Notes under the pieces: generated by a model | The model's database searches: none | The model's input: the letters and a program-made list of their open reading frames with translations, nothing else | What the model was told of the DNA's origin: nothing | Position numbers and translations under genes: made by a program | Assembly (NCBI GenBank): GCA_020725385.1 | Contig: DYFC01000015.1 | Coordinates: forward strand, 1-16,360 | DNA length: 16,360 nt | From: Nitrospira japonica | GTDB taxonomy: Bacteria; Nitrospirota; Thermodesulfovibrionia; Thermodesulfovibrionales; SM23-35 | Reading direction: 5' to 3' | Shown here: piece after piece, positions 15,027 to 16,360 of the stretch | Numbering within the stretch: position 1 is the first letter of the stretch | Layout: the number at the start of each line of letters is the position of its first letter

Positions 15027-16360
15027 ATGGAAGAAATTAATGAACTGATAGAACAGAGAATTAAAAAACTCGAAGAACTCAGACAGGCTGGAATAGAACC
15101 TTTTGGCGGAGCTTTTTATGCAGAAAACCATGCAAATGATCTGCATAATGAATTTTCATCTATGTCAAAAGAATCTCTTGAGGAAAATATTGTAAATTGT
15201 TCGCTCGCAGGAAGGATTATTGCTTTAAGAGATTTCGGGAAAGCTGCTTTTGCGCATATTCAGGACACAACAGGAAAGATTCAATTGTATTTTCGTAAAG
15301 ATTTGCTTGGTGAAAAATATTCTCTGGTTAAAAAACTTCTTGATATAGGAGATATAATCGGACTTTCAGGAAGGCTTTTTAGAACAAAAACTAATGAGCT
15401 TACTGTTGAGGTAAAAGATTTTGTTTTTCTTACAAAGTCTTTAAGACCTTTGCCTGAAAAATGGCATGGACTTAAGGATATCGAAACCCGTTACCGTCAA
15501 AGATATGTTGACCTTATTGTAAATCCGGACGTAAAACAGGCTTTTGTAAAAAGAAGCATGATTATAAAAGCTATAAGGGATTTTCTCGAATCAAAAGGCT
15601 TTATAGAAGTGGAAACGCCAATGATGCAACCTATACCCGGTGGTGCGACCGCAAAACCTTTTAAGACACATCACAATGCATTAAATATTGATTTATATCT
15701 CAGGATAGCTCCCGAGCTATATTTGAAAAGACTTCTTGTTGGTGGATATGAAAGAGTTTATGAACTTAACAGAAATTTCAGGAATGAAGGTATATCTACC
15801 AAGCATAATCCAGAATTTTCGATGCTCGAGTTTTACATTGCTTATAGAGATTATAATTATCTTATGTCATTTACAGAAGAGTTGATTCCTTATGTTGCTG
15901 AAAAGACACTTGGAACTCTGAAAGTTCAATATGGCAATGATATTATAGATTTAACCCCTCCATGGCAAAGATTATCAATGCTTGATGCGCTTGAAAGTAA
16001 AGGAGTTCCTTCAGAAGTTTTTAATGATTATGATAAAGCAAGAACCTGGGCAAAAGAACATAAAATAGAGATTGATAAAAATATGTCCCACGGAAAAGTG
16101 CTTGATGAAATTTTTAAGGAAATAGTCGAGCCATTTCTAATACAGCCGACTTTTATTATTGACCATCCTGTTGAACTTTCACCTCTGGCAAAGCGCAAAT
16201 CCGATAATCCATCATTGGTTGAGAGATTTGAGCTTTTTATCTCTGCAAGGGAAATAGCTAATGCATTTTCTGAACTCAATGATCCAATGGACCAGAGGCA
16301 AAGATTTCTTAAACAAGTAGAGGCAAAAGCTCTGGGAGATGAAGAAGCACACTGGATGGA
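15027..16360 (+). CDS. lysS: Lysine--tRNA ligase, class II (3' truncated by window)
   Basis: Read by hand because it is absent from the ORF track: SD AAGGTG, MEEINELIEQRIKKL..., LRPLPEKWHGL.D.E.RYRQRY.DL, FIEVETPMM, GGA.AKPF.THHNAL, LYLRIAPELYLKRL.VGG, FRNEG...HNPEF, ERFELF, NAFSELNDP; open to the window end. Confidence 0.98.
   Translation, partial: MEEINELIEQRIKKLEELRQAGIEPFGGAFYAENHANDLHNEFSSMSKESLEENIVNCSLAGRIIALRDFGKAAFAHIQDTTGKIQLYFRKDLLGEKYSLVKKLLDIGDIIGLSGRLFRTKTNELTVEVKDFVFLTKSLRPLPEKWHGLKDIETRYRQRYVDLIVNPDVKQAFVKRSMIIKAIRDFLESKGFIEVETPMMQPIPGGATAKPFKTHHNALNIDLYLRIAPELYLKRLLVGGYERVYELNRNFRNEGISTKHNPEFSMLEFYIAYRDYNYLMSFTEELIPYVAEKTLGTLKVQYGNDIIDLTPPWQRLSMLDALESKGVPSEVFNDYDKARTWAKEHKIEIDKNMSHGKVLDEIFKEIVEPFLIQPTFIIDHPVELSPLAKRKSDNPSLVERFELFISAREIANAFSELNDPMDQRQRFLKQVEAKALGDEEAHWM

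Noticed and set aside
2145-16279. Short ORFs overlapping or antisense to larger genes (e.g. 2145-2390, 2539-2730, 5899-6108, 6246-6440, 8931-9200, 10472-10864, 11299-11655, 16028-16279)
   Set aside because: Shadows of well-supported genes with no independent motifs; 16028-16279 is antisense to lysS.
1-16360. Taxonomic assignment (overall style suggested an anaerobic Nitrospirota- or Desulfobacterota-like organism)
   Set aside because: Impression only; it needs a LysS or PanD phylogeny, which I cannot run.

Overview
AT-rich bacterial chromosomal window made up mostly of ordinary, intact genes. From left to right: the 3' end of a secreted tandem BACON-domain protein; a nested REP-like palindrome; a decaying defence patch (AbrB-like antitoxin, frameshifted PIN toxin, and a short N-terminal remnant resembling a type III Mod methyltransferase); a nitroreductase; a FecR/DUF6600-type protein behind a good sigma-54 promoter with paired upstream palindromes; a beta-lactamase-family serine hydrolase lipoprotein; a stand-alone PolB-type 3'-5' exonuclease; a minus-strand run of panD, UDP-glucuronate decarboxylase and an M4 metallopeptidase; a PstS-like binding protein coupled to a PAS hybrid histidine kinase; a TorD/DmsD chaperone; an Apa2-type Ap4A phosphorylase; and class II lysS, which is cut by the window edge and missing from the ORF track. 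I saw no rRNA, tRNA, CRISPR array or transposase. No clearly novel multi-gene system is demonstrable from the sequence alone. The best leads are the Ap4A phosphorylase-lysS pairing, the sigma-54-controlled DUF6600 gene, the transporter-less PstS-like/kinase sensor and the defence relics. All family assignments are by eye from motifs; no database searches were run.
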